Assembly (NCBI GenBank): GCA_963821775.1
Contig: CAWGFB010000002.1
Coordinates: 160,433-224,432 of the forward strand
Reading direction: 5' to 3'
From: an uncultured Solirubrobacterales bacterium
Lineage (GTDB): Bacteria; Actinomycetota; Thermoleophilia; Solirubrobacterales; Solirubrobacteraceae
DNA: 64,000 nt
Shown here: positions 22,510-33,499 of the stretch, piece after piece
How positions within the stretch are numbered: the stretch's first letter is position 1
Layout: every line of letters begins with the position of its first letter
The notes under the pieces: generated by a model
Told to the model about the DNA's origin: nothing
Databases searched by the model: none
What the model saw: the letters and a program-made list of their open reading frames with translations, nothing else
Position numbers and translations under genes: made by a program

Positions 22510-24180
22510 ATGAGCGTCCCCGTGTGGTGCACGCCGCTACCCGACGCCGCGACCATGCGCGCGATCGATCGGTGGGCGATCGATGAGCAGGGGGTGCCTT
22601 CGCTGGAGCTGATGGAGCGCGCCGGGATCGGGGTGGCACGGGCGGTCGAGGAGCTCGCGCCGGACGGGCCGGTGGCGGTGGTGTGCGGCAAGGGCAACAA
22701 CGGGGGGGACGGGCTCGTGGCGGCGCGGGTGCTGCGGGAGGCCGGCCGCGAGGTCGCGGTGCTCATGGCCGGGCCGGTGGAGGAGCTGCAGGGGGACGCG
22801 CGGGAGAACCTGGCGCGGCTGCCGGGGGCGCCGCCGGTGCTGCTCGAGGGCGGCGGCGCGCTCGCGAGGGCGGCTGTGGTGGTCGATGCGCTGCTCGGCA
22901 CCGGCTTCGCGGGCGAGCCCCGCGGGGCGGTCGCGGCGGCGATCGACGCTGTGTGTGGAGCTGGGGCGGCCGCGAGCGACGGTGCGAGCGGGGCGGGGGC
23001 GGCTGCGAGCGACGGTGTACACGGGGCGGGCGTGCCGGTCGTCGCGGTGGACGTGCCCTCCGGCGTGGATGCCTCGACGGGGGTCGTCGCGGCGCGGGCC
23101 GTGCGGGCGACGCTCACCGTCACGTTCCACGCGGCCAAGCCGGGGCTGTGGGTCCACCCCGGCAAGGCCCACGCCGGCGAGGTGCGCACGCTCGACATCG
23201 GCATTCCGCGGGGCGCGCCGGCGGCGGCGGACGTGGGGTTGATCGAGGACGCCGTGCTGGAGCTGCTGCCGCGGCGGGGGGCACGCTCGACGAAGTTCTC
23301 CAGTGGGCACGTGCTCGTCGCCGGCGGCTGCCGCGGGCTCACCGGCGCGCCGCGGATGGCCGCGCACGCCGCGATGCGGGCGGGCGCCGGGTACCTCATC
23401 GCGTGCGTGCCAGCGTCTGTGCAGGGCGTCCTCGCGAGCGGGGGGCTGCCGGAGCTCATGACCCGCGGCCTGCCCGACGCCGACGGCACGCTCGACCCCG
23501 CGGGGGTGGAGGAGGTGCTCGGCATGGTGGCACGGCGGACGGGGACGGGGCGCACGGGGGAGGGCATGGCGCTCGCGCTCGGGCCGGGCCTCGGGCGCGC
23601 GCCCGGCGCGGTCGCGTTCGCACGTGAGCTGGCGCGTCGCGCGCCGCTGCCCACGGTCATCGACGCGGATGGGCTGAACGCGCACGCCGGGCGGCTGGGC
23701 GAGCTCGCGCAGCGCGAGGCGCCGACGGTGCTCACGCCCCACGCGGGCGAGCTGGGGCGGCTGCTGGAGGTGTCCTCCGAGGAGGTCGAGCGCGAGCGGC
23801 TGCGGCACGTGCGCGCGGCGGCCGAGGCGGCGCGCGCCGTCGTCGTGCTCAAGGGCGACGACACGTTGATCGCCGACCCCGATGGCGTCGTCGCCGTCAG
23901 CCGCGGCGCGAGCCCGGCGCTCGCCACGGCCGGCACGGGGGACGTGCTCACGGGCGTGGTCGCCGCGCTGCTCGCTCAGGGTTTGGCGCCGTTCGCGGCA
24001 GCCGCCGCGGGCGTATGGCTGCACGCAGGCGCCGGGCGCGTGGCCGCGCGCGCTGTGGGCGCCGCCGAGGGGGTGGTCGCCTCCGACGTGATCGCCGCGC
24101 TGCCCGCCGCGCGCGCCGGGGCAGGGTCGGCGTGCGCCGGCCGGAGCACGCCGCCCCCCGCCGGCGGGGGGCGGCCGTGA
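22510..24180 (+). CDS. nnr: Bifunctional NAD(P)H-hydrate epimerase/dehydratase
   Basis: [48 protein letters not shown]. Confidence 0.93.
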   Translation: MSVPVWCTPLPDAATMRAIDRWAIDEQGVPSLELMERAGIGVARAVEELAPDGPVAVVCGKGNNGGDGLVAARVLREAGREVAVLMAGPVEELQGDARENLARLPGAPPVLLEGGGALARAAVVVDALLGTGFAGEPRGAVAAAIDAVCGAGAAASDGASGAGAAASDGVHGAGVPVVAVDVPSGVDASTGVVAARAVRATLTVTFHAAKPGLWVHPGKAHAGEVRTLDIGIPRGAPAAADVGLIEDAVLELLPRRGARSTKFSSGHVLVAGGCRGLTGAPRMAAHAAMRAGAGYLIACVPASVQGVLASGGLPELMTRGLPDADGTLDPAGVEEVLGMVARRTGTGRTGEGMALALGPGLGRAPGAVAFARELARRAPLPTVIDADGLNAHAGRLGELAQREAPTVLTPHAGELGRLLEVSSEEVERERLRHVRAAAEAARAVVVLKGDDTLIADPDGVVAVSRGASPALATAGTGDVLTGVVAALLAQGLAPFAAAAAGVWLHAGAGRVAARAVGAAEGVVASDVIAALPAARAGAGSACAGRSTPPPAGGGRP

Positions 24181-25331
24181 GTGTGTACCGCGCGTTCGCG
24201 CGCGTCAACGCCGCGGCGATTGAGCGCAACTGCCGGCGCCTGCGGGGGGAGCTGGGCGAGGGGGTGCAGATGTGCGCCGTCGTCAAGGCCGACGGGTACG
24301 GCCACGGCATGCTCGCCAGCGCCCGGGCGGCGCTCGCGGGAGGCGCCACGTGGCTGGCGGTCGCGAGCGTCCCCGAGGCGCGCGAGCTGGGCGCAGAAAT
24401 CTCGGCCCGCGTGCTCGTGCTCGGCCCGCTGCGCTCCGTCGAGGTCGAGGAGGCCGTGTTCCTCGGCATGGACGTCGTGGCGTGGGACAAGGGCATCGTC
24501 GCGCTCGCCGGGGAGCTGGGGCGGGACATCGGCAGGACGGCGCGCGTGCACGTCAAGCTCGACACGGGCATGGGCCGCTACGGCGTGCGCGACCCCGCGC
24601 GCGCCTCGGAGGTCGTGGCCGCCGCCGCGGCTCACCCGCACGTGGAGCTCGTCGGGGCGATGACCCACTTCGCCACCGCCGACGAGCGCGGCGATGCGTT
24701 CTTCGGCGAGCAGCTCGCCCGCTTCACCGCGTGGGCGCAGGCGGTCAAGCGCGAGCACCCCGAGGTGCTCGTGCACGCCGCCAACTCCGCGGCCGTGCTG
24801 CGCGACCCCGCCGCCCACTTCGACATGGTGCGCTGCGGCGTGGCGCTCTACGGTCTCGATCCCTTCGGCGAGGATCCGGGCGCGCGCGGCCTCGAGCCGG
24901 CGCTGGAGCTCGAGTCCTACGTGGCCGCCGTCAAGCGGTGCGCCCCCGGCGAGAGCACCGGGTACGGCCGGCGCTTCCGCCCGGCCTCCGACACCCACGT
25001 CGGCCTGCTGCCGATCGGCTACGGCGACGGGTGGCGGCGGGGGCTCTCGAACAACGGCGAGGCGCTCGTCGCCGGCCGCCGGTACCCCCTGGTGGGCACG
25101 GTCTCCATGGACACCGTCGCCGTCGACCTCGGTCCCGACCCGGGCGCACGTGAGCTGCTCTACGAGCGCGCGGTGTTGATCGGCGCTCAGGGCGAGGAGC
25201 GCATCACGGCCGAGGAGGTGGCCCGCCGCCTGGGCACGATCAACTACGAGATCGCCTGCGGGCTCACCGCGCGGGTCAGCCGCCTGCACCACAGCGACGG
25301 CGTGGCGGGGCGGGTTGCCGAAGCCGAGTGA
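24177..25331 (+). CDS. alr: Alanine racemase
   Basis: AVVKADGYGHG, HVKLDTGMGR, GYGDG, TINYE. Confidence 0.96.
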   Translation: MSVYRAFARVNAAAIERNCRRLRGELGEGVQMCAVVKADGYGHGMLASARAALAGGATWLAVASVPEARELGAEISARVLVLGPLRSVEVEEAVFLGMDVVAWDKGIVALAGELGRDIGRTARVHVKLDTGMGRYGVRDPARASEVVAAAAAHPHVELVGAMTHFATADERGDAFFGEQLARFTAWAQAVKREHPEVLVHAANSAAVLRDPAAHFDMVRCGVALYGLDPFGEDPGARGLEPALELESYVAAVKRCAPGESTGYGRRFRPASDTHVGLLPIGYGDGWRRGLSNNGEALVAGRRYPLVGTVSMDTVAVDLGPDPGARELLYERAVLIGAQGEERITAEEVARRLGTINYEIACGLTARVSRLHHSDGVAGRVAEAE

Positions 25332-26901
25332 GAACCCGCTCGCGCTGATCCGCGCCACGCTCGCCGGCCGGCGAGCGTGGCTGGTGGGCGGCGCCGTGCG
25401 CGACCGGCTGCTGCGCCGGCGCACGCAGGACTACGACGTGGTGCTCGACGGCGACCCCGGCGAGGCCGCCCGGGCGCTCGCGCGCGCTGCCGGCCGCGCC
25501 GCCGCCGGCCCGGCCACTGCGTTCGCGCTCTCGGAGGAGCACGGCGGCTGGCGCGTGGTCGCCCGCGACGGCACGTGGCAGGTCGACCTCGAGCGGCTGC
25601 GCGGCGCCTCGCTGGAGGAGGACCTGGCGGCGCGGGACTTCACCGTCAACGCGATCGCCGCGCCGCTCGACGCACTCGGCGCCGGCGGGGACGCGGGGAG
25701 CCTCGACCCCCCGGCAGCCGGGACGATCCTCGACCCCCTCGGCGGCGCCGAGGACCTCGCCCACAGGCGCCTGCGTGCGGTCTCCCCGGAGGCGTTCGCC
25801 GCCGACCCGCTGCGCGTGCTGCGGCTCGCGCGGCTCGCGGTGGAGCTCGAGCTCGAGCCCGACACCGCCACGTGCACGCAGGCGCGCGCGCACGCGCCGC
25901 GGCTGCGCGCCGTCGCCGGCGAGCGGGTGGGGGCGGAGGTGAGCCGCATCCTCGCCGCGCCGCGCGCCGTGGCGGGCGTGGAGCTGATGGGGGAGGTGGG
26001 CGCCACGGCCGTCGTGCTGCCCGAGGTGCAGGCGCTGCGCGGGGTCGCGCAGAGTCGCTACCACCACCGCGACGTGTACGGGCACACGCTGGAGGTGCTT
26101 GAGCGGACCGTCGCGCTCGACGCCGCGTGCGCGCAGGGGGGGGCCGCCCTCGCCGCGCTGCTGGCGGAGGACGGTGAGACCGGCCCGGCCACGCGCGGGC
26201 GGGGCGACTTCGCCGAGGGGGAGGCCGGCACCGGCCGGCACGCCGCCGCGCTCGCCGCGCTGCTCGCCGAGCCGCTCGCCGACGGGCTGACGCGCGGCGT
26301 GGCGCTGCGGTGGGGGGCGCTGCTGCACGACGCCGCCAAGCCGCTGACGCGCGGGGAGGCCGCGGACCCCCGCTCGCTCGGCGGTCGGCGCGTCACGTTC
26401 GTCGGGCACGACACGCGCGGCGCCGAGCTGGCGCAGGAGGTGCTCACGAGGCTGCGCGCCTCCGGGCGGCTGCGCGCCCACGTCGCGGCGCTCGTGCGCC
26501 ACCACCTGCGGCTCGGCTTCCTCGTGCACGAGCCCCAGCCGCTCGCGCGGCGCACGGTGTACGCGTACCTGCGCGCGTGCGAGCCCGTGGAGGTGGACGT
26601 GACCCTGCTGTCGGTCGCCGACCGCCTCGCCACCCGCGGCGACCGTGCGCGTGAGGCGATCGACGCTCACGTGCGCCTCGCGGGGGAGATGCTCAAGGAC
26701 GCCCTGCGGTGGCGCGCAGCCGGCCCGCCGCGGCCGCTGTGGCGGGGGGACGAGCTGGCGCGCGCGCTCGAGCTCCCGCTGGGCCCGCGCGTGGGCGAGC
26801 TGCTGGAGGAGCTGGCGGCGGCCCGGTACGCGGGGGTGCTCTCCACGAAGGACGAGGCCCTCGCGCATGCGCGTGCGTGGCTTGCAGCCGGCGGCAGCTA
26901 G
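25315..26901 (+). CDS. tRNA nucleotidyltransferase / poly(A) polymerase family, HD domain
   Basis: LVGGAVRD, DYDVV, DLAARDFTVNAIA, DPLRVLR, LLHDAAK. Confidence 0.9.
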   Translation: MPKPSENPLALIRATLAGRRAWLVGGAVRDRLLRRRTQDYDVVLDGDPGEAARALARAAGRAAAGPATAFALSEEHGGWRVVARDGTWQVDLERLRGASLEEDLAARDFTVNAIAAPLDALGAGGDAGSLDPPAAGTILDPLGGAEDLAHRRLRAVSPEAFAADPLRVLRLARLAVELELEPDTATCTQARAHAPRLRAVAGERVGAEVSRILAAPRAVAGVELMGEVGATAVVLPEVQALRGVAQSRYHHRDVYGHTLEVLERTVALDAACAQGGAALAALLAEDGETGPATRGRGDFAEGEAGTGRHAAALAALLAEPLADGLTRGVALRWGALLHDAAKPLTRGEAADPRSLGGRRVTFVGHDTRGAELAQEVLTRLRASGRLRAHVAALVRHHLRLGFLVHEPQPLARRTVYAYLRACEPVEVDVTLLSVADRLATRGDRAREAIDAHVRLAGEMLKDALRWRAAGPPRPLWRGDELARALELPLGPRVGELLEELAAARYAGVLSTKDEALAHARAWLAAGGS

Positions 26902-26913
26902 CATTCACCGACG

Positions 26914-27327
26914 ATGCGCGACCCTGAGTGCCCGTTCTGCAAGATCGTCGCCCGCGAGCTGCCCGCGACCGTCGTCGCCGTGGACGAGCGCACCGTGGCC
27001 TTCATGGACATCAACCCCGCCACGCGCGGCCACGCGCTGGTCGTGCCCCGCAACCACGCGGCCGACCTGTGGAGCGTGGAGCCGGAGGACCTCGACGCGT
27101 GCGGGCGCGCAGCCCAGCGCCTGGCGGTGCGGATGCGCGAGCGGCTGGGGGCTGCGGGGGTCAACGTGCTCAACTCCTGCGGCGCCGCGGCGTGGCAGAC
27201 CGTGTGGCACTTCCACCTGCACGTGGTGCCCCGCTACCCGGAGGACCCCCTGACGCTGCCGTGGGTCCCGGCTCCGGGCGATCCGCAGGAGATCGCGGCG
27301 GCGGCGCAGGAACTCGGGGGCGCGTAG
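26914..27327 (+). CDS. HIT family protein
   Basis: CPFCKI, GHALVVP, QTVWHFHLHVVP. Confidence 0.93.
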   Translation: MRDPECPFCKIVARELPATVVAVDERTVAFMDINPATRGHALVVPRNHAADLWSVEPEDLDACGRAAQRLAVRMRERLGAAGVNVLNSCGAAAWQTVWHFHLHVVPRYPEDPLTLPWVPAPGDPQEIAAAAQELGGA

Positions 27328-27367
27328 CGAACCGCTACATACCCGGTTGCAACGTGTTCCAACCCCC

Positions 27368-28051
27368 ATGCGACGTCCACCCACCACGCGACGCACACCG
27401 CTTCTCGCGCTCCTCGCGGCCGCCGGCCTGGCCCTCGCGCTGCCGGCCGCCGCGCCGGCGAAGCTCTCCGAAGTGGGGGTGATCCCCGAAACGACGCCGC
27501 CTTCCACCCCCAGCTGCCCCAGCTCGTGCCTGGCGGTGACCCGCACGACCGGCTTCCAGGTGAAGGTGGGCACGGCCCGCGAACTGGTGAGCGCCCCCCG
27601 CGAAGGGACGGTCGTCGCGTGGACGATCTCGCTCGGCAAGCCCAACGCCACCCAGCTCAAGTTCTTCAACTCCAACGAGGGTGGCCCCCCGGCGGCGGCG
27701 CTTGCCATCCTGCGTCCCCAGCGCAAGCCGAACCTCACGTACAAGCTGATCGCGCAGAGCCCCGTGGTGCAGCTCGAAAAGTACTTTGGCAAGACCGTCC
27801 AGTTCCCGCTCGCCACCACGCTGCAGGTCAAGAAGGGCGACCTGATCGCGCTGACTGTGCCCACATGGGCGCCGGCGCTCGCGCTCGGCTTCACCAACGA
27901 AACCTCCTGGCGGGCCAGCCGCCTGCGCAGCCAGTGCTCGAGCACCAGCACCCAGTCCGCCCAGACGCAGGTGGGCACGAACGTGCAGTACTACTGCCTG
28001 TACCGCCAGGCGCGGCTCACGTACAGCGCCATCCTGATCTCCACGCCGTAG
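27368..28051 (+). CDS. Secreted hypothetical protein
   Basis: Signal peptide, strong codon bias, paired cysteines. Confidence 0.75.
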   Translation: MRRPPTTRRTPLLALLAAAGLALALPAAAPAKLSEVGVIPETTPPSTPSCPSSCLAVTRTTGFQVKVGTARELVSAPREGTVVAWTISLGKPNATQLKFFNSNEGGPPAAALAILRPQRKPNLTYKLIAQSPVVQLEKYFGKTVQFPLATTLQVKKGDLIALTVPTWAPALALGFTNETSWRASRLRSQCSSTSTQSAQTQVGTNVQYYCLYRQARLTYSAILISTP

Positions 28052-28088
28052 GGCCACCGGTGGGCGGCGCGCTGCTGCGTCCTCGACC

Positions 28089-28628
28089 TCAAGGCGCCGT
28101 GGCGCCGCCGGTGGGGCTGGAGGAGCCGCCCGCCGAGGAGGACCCGCCGCCCGACGCTTCCGAGCCGCCACCGGCGCCGCTCTGCCCGGTGCCGCCGCCC
28201 GCGCCGGAGGTCGCTTCCGAGGGGGGCGAGGAGGCCCCGCTGCCCGCCGTGCTGCCGCCGGTGGTGCTTGTGCTTTCACCGCCCGTGGCGCTACCCGTGC
28301 CGGCGCTCGAGCTCGAGCTTTCTGTGGGGGTCCCGGCCGCGGAGCTCGTGGTGGCGGTCGAGGTGGTCCCGACGGTCGTGGTCGAGGTCGTGCGGGTCGC
28401 TTCGCTTTCAGCCTGGGTGGAGGTCGGCGGCGTGAGTTCCGGCGTGCTGCGCGGCACCACGTCGGCGGTGTTGCCGCCGCCGCCGCACGCGCCGAGCGTC
28501 AAGCCTGCCGTCAGCGCAGCGATCGCCGCGAGGCCGGTGGCGCCGGCGCGGCGGCGTGTGACGCGCCCTCCGTGGCGGCGGTCGGCGACCGTCGGGGTCT
28601 CAGTGGCCGGCCGCGGCGCGGGGCTCAC
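28089..28628 (-). CDS. Ser/Thr/Gly-rich lipoprotein
   Basis: LGAC lipobox followed by a low-complexity tail. Confidence 0.65.
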   Translation of the reverse strand: MSPAPRPATETPTVADRRHGGRVTRRRAGATGLAAIAALTAGLTLGACGGGGNTADVVPRSTPELTPPTSTQAESEATRTTSTTTVGTTSTATTSSAAGTPTESSSSSAGTGSATGGESTSTTGGSTAGSGASSPPSEATSGAGGGTGQSGAGGGSEASGGGSSSAGGSSSPTGGATAP

Positions 28629-28894
28629 GACCCCAGCGGCCCCATCCGTCGCCCGCAGGTCGGGCAGTCGTTGAGGTCCCGTTGGGCGAGCTGCTCACAC
28701 CACGGGCAGAAGCGCAGGGTCTCCACCGCCCACGGCAGCCGCGAGGTGGAGGGCGCAAGCGGCAGCACCTTGCCGACGACCTCCAGCGGCTCGTCCGTCT
28801 CGCGGTCGCGGTAGACCTCCCCCGGCTGGGCCTCGACGATGACCTCCCGGCCGCTCGCCGGGTTGCGCATACGGTACCGCTGGGAGACGGTCAC
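28625..28894 (-). CDS. Small zinc-ribbon protein
   Basis: FCPWC..DCPTCG. Confidence 0.7.
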   Translation of the reverse strand: MTVSQRYRMRNPASGREVIVEAQPGEVYRDRETDEPLEVVGKVLPLAPSTSRLPWAVETLRFCPWCEQLAQRDLNDCPTCGRRMGPLGS

Positions 28895-28968
28895 GGCGCG
28901 GACTCTACCGCAGCCGTCGGAGCCTCGCGTGGGACGCCGCCCGCCCGGTGGGGTAGAGTGCCCGCAGG

Positions 28969-29724
28969 GTGAGGAGGGTAGGACCCCATAAGAGGGCCGG
29001 CGCGGCGGTCGGCCGGGGAGCGCTGCTGGCGGCGTGCGGCGCGCTGGCGCTCGCGGCTGCCGGGTGCGGCTCCGTCAAACACGGCGAAAGCGCCAACCTG
29101 GTGCTCGGCAAGCAGGAGTTCGTCGCCAAGTGCGGCGCCTGCCACATGCTCGCGCGCGCCGACACGAAGGGGACGGTTGGCCCGAACCTCGACGTCGCCT
29201 TCCAGCAGAGCCTCGCCGAAGGCGAGGGGCGCAGCACGATTCCCGGGGTCGTGCGCTACCAGGTCGAATACCCCAACCCCCAGAACGTGATGCCCAAGGG
29301 CCTCGCGCAGGGCACGGTGCTGGACGACATCGCCGCCTACGTCGCCTACGCCTCCGACCGGCCCGGCGGCGACACGGGCCTGCTGGCCTCTGCCGTGCCG
29401 TCCCCCACCGCCGGCAAGCCCGCGGTCGAGAAGGCCGGCAAGCTCGAACTGGAAGCCAACCCCCAGGGACTGCTCGCCTACACCACCACCAAGGCGGTCG
29501 CCGCCGCGGGCCCGGTGACGATCACGATGAAGAACATGTCGGGCGTGACTCACAACCTCGCCGTGCAGTCGGGCACCTCCGGCGCCGTGCTCGGGCGCAG
29601 CGAACTCCAGTCCCGGGGGACCTCGTCGTTCACCGTGAACCTGAAGCCCGGTACCTACACCTTCTTCTGCCAGGTCCCCGGCCACCGCGCCGCGGGGATG
29701 TCCGGGACGCTGACGGTCAAGTAG
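28969..29724 (+). CDS. Cytochrome c-cupredoxin fusion lipoprotein
   Basis: AAGC lipobox, CGACH heme motif, GPNLD, HN..FFCQVPGHRAAGM. Confidence 0.88.
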   Translation: MRRVGPHKRAGAAVGRGALLAACGALALAAAGCGSVKHGESANLVLGKQEFVAKCGACHMLARADTKGTVGPNLDVAFQQSLAEGEGRSTIPGVVRYQVEYPNPQNVMPKGLAQGTVLDDIAAYVAYASDRPGGDTGLLASAVPSPTAGKPAVEKAGKLELEANPQGLLAYTTTKAVAAAGPVTITMKNMSGVTHNLAVQSGTSGAVLGRSELQSRGTSSFTVNLKPGTYTFFCQVPGHRAAGMSGTLTVK

Positions 29725-29762
29725 CTCCCACGCGGGGCGGCTCTGGGGCCGCGGGAGCACGC

Positions 29763-29873
29763 TCAGAAGATCGCGCGCACGATCAGCACGACCGCGATGA
29801 TGACCGCGAAGACGACCAGCACGTAGAGCAGCAGGCGGAACATCTCCGCCTCCGAGCGCAGCGGGTTCAGCAT
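29763..29873 (-). CDS. Small (36 aa) single-TM membrane protein
   Basis: MLNPLRSEAEMFRLLLYVLVVFAVIIAVVLIVRAIF; every sense codon ends in G or C. Confidence 0.7.
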   Translation of the reverse strand: MLNPLRSEAEMFRLLLYVLVVFAVIIAVVLIVRAIF

Positions 29874-29949
29874 CGGCCGCGGGCGTCCGTCGGGACCGTC
29901 CACCTGGAGGGGTGCTCGCTCGGCACGCGCCCCAGCGTATCGTCTCCCC

Positions 29950-32028
29950 GTGGCGCTCTTCCTCCTCCGCCCTGCTCCGGCCCTTCACACTGCCCCGGCC
30001 CTGCGCGCCGCCCTCGGCCTCCTGCTCGCGGCGGCAGCCCTCATCGGCGCCGGGTGCGGGGGCGGCGGCACGACGCCCGGCGCCGCGCCGCGGGCGGCGC
30101 TCGTGCCCGGCTGCCCCGGGGGGATGCTCGCCGACCGGGCGGGGGTCGGGCGCTCGGGGTGCCCGTACACGAGCGTGGCCAGCATCGGCCGCCGCGGGGA
30201 AGGGGTGCTGCGCTGCCCGGAGGCGCTCGCGTGGGCGCCCGACGGAGACCTGTACGTGGCCGACCAGTTCTCGCACGTGGTGCAGCGCTTCTCGCCCACC
30301 GGGCGCTTCCTGGGCCAGTGGGGCTCCTACGGCTCCGGGCCCGGGCAGTTCGGGGCAGTGGACGGGCTCGCGGTGGACGCGCACGGGGACGTGTACGTGC
30401 TCGACTCCACCCACGCGCGCGTGGAGCGCTTCACCGCGTCCGGGCGTCTGCTGGACACGTGGGGCCACCCCGGCCACGCGCTCGGGGAGCTCGACCTCGG
30501 CCCCGGCTTCGGCCCGGACAAGCCGCCGGGCGGTGGAATCGCGGTCGGCGGGGGGTACGCGTACGTGGCCGACTCCGCCAACAACCGCATCGTGCGCTAC
30601 GACCTCGACGGCTCGCACCCGCTGCTGTGGGGGTGGCCGGGCGCGGCGCCGGGGCGCTTCTCCTCGCCGCGCGGCCTGGCCGTGGCCGGCGGCGTCGTGT
30701 ACGTCGCCGACGAGGGCAACCACCGCGTGCAGGCGCTCACGACGGCCGGGCGGGCGCTGTACGCGGAGGGCTCCTTCGGCACAGGGCCGGGGCAGTTCGT
30801 CAACCCCTTCGACGTCACCGTGCACGGCGGGAGGGTGTACGTGGTGGACGACAACAACAACCGCATCGTGGTGCTGACGCGCGCGCTGCGGTACGTGGAA
30901 GAGTGGAGCGGGGCGGGCGCCTACCACCTCTCCTACATCCGCGCCGCCGCCGCCTCCCCGGCGGGCCGCGTCTACGTCGCCGACACCGGCCACGAACGGG
31001 TCGTGGCCTTCGCGCCCACCGGCAGCGGCTTGTTCGCGTTCGGCACACCCGGCATCACGCCGGGGCAACTGATCGCGCCGCTGGGGGTCGCCGCCGCCGC
31101 GGGCCGGGTGTACGTGGTCGAGACGTACGGCTCGCGCAGTCCCCTCTACCGCTTCGACCCCGCGCTGCGCTACCGCGGCGCGTGGCTGCGCGGTGGCGGG
31201 GCCATCGTCGGCAGTCACTGGTTTGGGCCGACCGCCGCCGCCGTCGCGCCCGACGGGTCGGTGTGGGTCACCGACCCCCGCAACGACATCGTCCGTCACC
31301 TCTCCACGGAAGGGACCTACCTCGGCGCGCTCGGGGACCCCGCGCCGCCGCCGGCGGGCCCACCCGCCGGCACGCCCTCTGATGCGCCCACCGCCGCCCC
31401 GTCGGCGAGCGGCGCGGCCGGGAGCGAAGCGGGGGGGGGCGGGGCTGCGACCACACTCCTCGAGCCGGACGGGGTGGCGCTCTCGCCGGCCGGCGGGGTC
31501 GTGTACGTCGCCGACACCGGCGCCGGGCGCGTGCTGCGCTTCGTCGCCTCCTCCGGTCGGCCGCTGGGGCTGCTGGGCACGGTCGCGCTGCGGCGGCCGG
31601 TGGCCGTCGCGGTCGCGCCCGACGGGACGGTGTACGTCGCCGACGCCGGCTTGGACCGCGTGCTGGCGCTCTCGCCCGGCGGGGCGCTGCTTGCCTCGTG
31701 GGGCGGGGCGGGCGGGGGTCGGGCGGGCGGGGATCCCAACCCCGCCGCCCGCTTCGTGGAGCCGGCCGGGGTCGCGGTGGACGCGGCAGGCCACGTCTTC
31801 GTGCTCGACCGCCGCGCGGCGCGCGTGAGCGAGCTCTCGCCCCGCGGGAGGCTGCTCGCCGCGTGGGGCCTGCCCGGCGGGGGCCCGGGGGAGCTCAGCG
31901 ACCCCTCGGGTCTGGCCGTGGACTGCCGCGGGGCGGTGCTCGTCGCCGACACCGCCAACAACCGCGTGCAGGCCTTCGCCGGGGCGGCCGCACGAGGCGT
32001 GTGCGCCCCCGCGGGGGGTGGCTCCTGA
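29950..32028 (+). CDS. NHL-repeat beta-propeller lipoprotein
   Basis: Repeated PxGLAV..VYVAD..NxR blades; GAGC lipobox. Confidence 0.85.
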   Translation: MALFLLRPAPALHTAPALRAALGLLLAAAALIGAGCGGGGTTPGAAPRAALVPGCPGGMLADRAGVGRSGCPYTSVASIGRRGEGVLRCPEALAWAPDGDLYVADQFSHVVQRFSPTGRFLGQWGSYGSGPGQFGAVDGLAVDAHGDVYVLDSTHARVERFTASGRLLDTWGHPGHALGELDLGPGFGPDKPPGGGIAVGGGYAYVADSANNRIVRYDLDGSHPLLWGWPGAAPGRFSSPRGLAVAGGVVYVADEGNHRVQALTTAGRALYAEGSFGTGPGQFVNPFDVTVHGGRVYVVDDNNNRIVVLTRALRYVEEWSGAGAYHLSYIRAAAASPAGRVYVADTGHERVVAFAPTGSGLFAFGTPGITPGQLIAPLGVAAAAGRVYVVETYGSRSPLYRFDPALRYRGAWLRGGGAIVGSHWFGPTAAAVAPDGSVWVTDPRNDIVRHLSTEGTYLGALGDPAPPPAGPPAGTPSDAPTAAPSASGAAGSEAGGGGAATTLLEPDGVALSPAGGVVYVADTGAGRVLRFVASSGRPLGLLGTVALRRPVAVAVAPDGTVYVADAGLDRVLALSPGGALLASWGGAGGGRAGGDPNPAARFVEPAGVAVDAAGHVFVLDRRAARVSELSPRGRLLAAWGLPGGGPGELSDPSGLAVDCRGAVLVADTANNRVQAFAGAAARGVCAPAGGGS

Positions 32029-32181
32029 GGGGAGGCGGGCTGGCGGCGGCGTGCGACGCAGCCCTGTCCCCGGGCGGGCTCCCGGGCTCCGCGGCGGCTC
32101 GCAGGCGGGCCGGGCCTACGGGGTGGGGCACGGCCGACCAGCCGCCTTCAGGTGGCCCCCGCGCGTGCCGATAGTTCGCGT

Positions 32182-33460
32182 ATGGCCTCCGCCTCACCGC
32201 GCCTCCCGCTGGACGGCCTCGACGCGGGCGAGATCGCCCTCACGGTGCTGCGCACCATGCCGACGGCCTCCGCGCTGGTGTTCGACCGCGACCTGCGCTA
32301 CGTGCTCGCGGCAGGGCACGCGCTCGAGCACGAGGGGCTCTCCGCGCGCGAGCTGGAGGGGATGCCCGCGGAGGAGGTGCTCGTCGGCGAGCGGTGGGCG
32401 ACGTTCGAGCCGCTGTACCGCTCGGCCCTGTCGGGAGACACGCGGTCGCTCGAAGATCTGGTCGGCCGACGACACCCGCTGCTACCAGGTGGACGTCGGC
32501 CCGCTGCGCGGCGCGGAGGGCGAGGTCGTGGGCGGCGTGGCGGTCGCGCGCGACGTCACCCCCCGCAAGCACGCCGAGGAGGCGCGCCGCCACGCCCAGG
32601 AGCGCTTCGAGCTGCTCTTCGAGCAGTCGCCGATCGGCATGGCGCTGCTCACCCCCGAGGGCCGGTGGGTGCGCTTCAACCAGGCGCTGCTCACGATCAC
32701 CGGGTACACCTCCGAGGAGCTGCTGGCCAAGAGCCTGGAGGAGATCACTCACCCCGACGACCTCTCGGCCGACCTCGAGTACGTGCGGCGCCTGCTGGCG
32801 GGGGAGATCAGCCACTACGAGATGGAGCGCCGCTACTTCCACGCGCGCGGGCACGTGATCTTCACGACGCTCTCGGTCGCGGCGATGCGCGACCGCCAGG
32901 GCCGGTCCCAGCACTTCGTCGTCCAGATCCAGGACGTCACCGAGCGCCGGTTGGCCGAGGAGCGCCTGCGCGACCTCGCCGAGCACGACCCGCTCACGGG
33001 CCTGCACAACCGCCGTCTGCTGGAGCGACAGCTGGCGATGCAGGTCGCCCGCTGTCGCCGCTACGACGAGCAGGCGGCGCTGCTCGTGCTCGACCTCGAC
33101 GGCTTCCGGCTGCTCAACGACACCTACGGCCCCCGCGTGGGGGACGACCTGCTCAAGGCGGTCGCCGCCGAGCTGCAGCACCGCCTGCGCGGCACCGACA
33201 CTGTCGCCCGCCACGGCGCCGACGAGTTCGCGGTGCTGCTCCCCGGCACCTCCGCCGAGGCCGCCCGCAAGGTTGCCGCGACGCTCGCGGAGGCGATCGC
33301 GGCCACCGGCGTGGAGGTCGACGGCACGCGCGTGTCGGTCACCGCCTCGGCGGGGATCGCCGCGATCGACGCCGACGCCCCCGGCGGCGAAGCGGTGCTG
33401 CGGGAGGCAGACCGCGCGATGCACGCGGCGCAGGCCGCTCGGGCGCGCGCCTCGGCGTAG
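32182..33460 (+). CDS. PAS-PAS-GGDEF-domain protein (frameshift near 32455)
   Basis: ITHPDD PAS, HDPLTGLHNRR, DLDGF, RHGADEF. Confidence 0.88.
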
Positions 33461-33499
33461 GTCGCGCGGGTGCGGAGGTGGCCCCGGTAGGCTGAGCGC

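Noticed and set aside
22960-23030. 33-bp tandem duplication in nnr (GAGAAASDG x2)
   Set aside because: In-frame slippage insertion in a loop, common in high-GC genes.
26862-26873. CGCGCATGCGCG palindrome
   Set aside because: Only 12 bp, isolated and inside a CDS; plausible by chance in GC-rich DNA.
28891-31794. Very long antisense and alternate-frame ORFs (e.g. 967 aa here, 842 aa at 32240-34768)
   Set aside because: Shadow ORFs caused by stop-codon scarcity opposite real high-GC genes; Arg/Pro/Ala-rich with no motifs.
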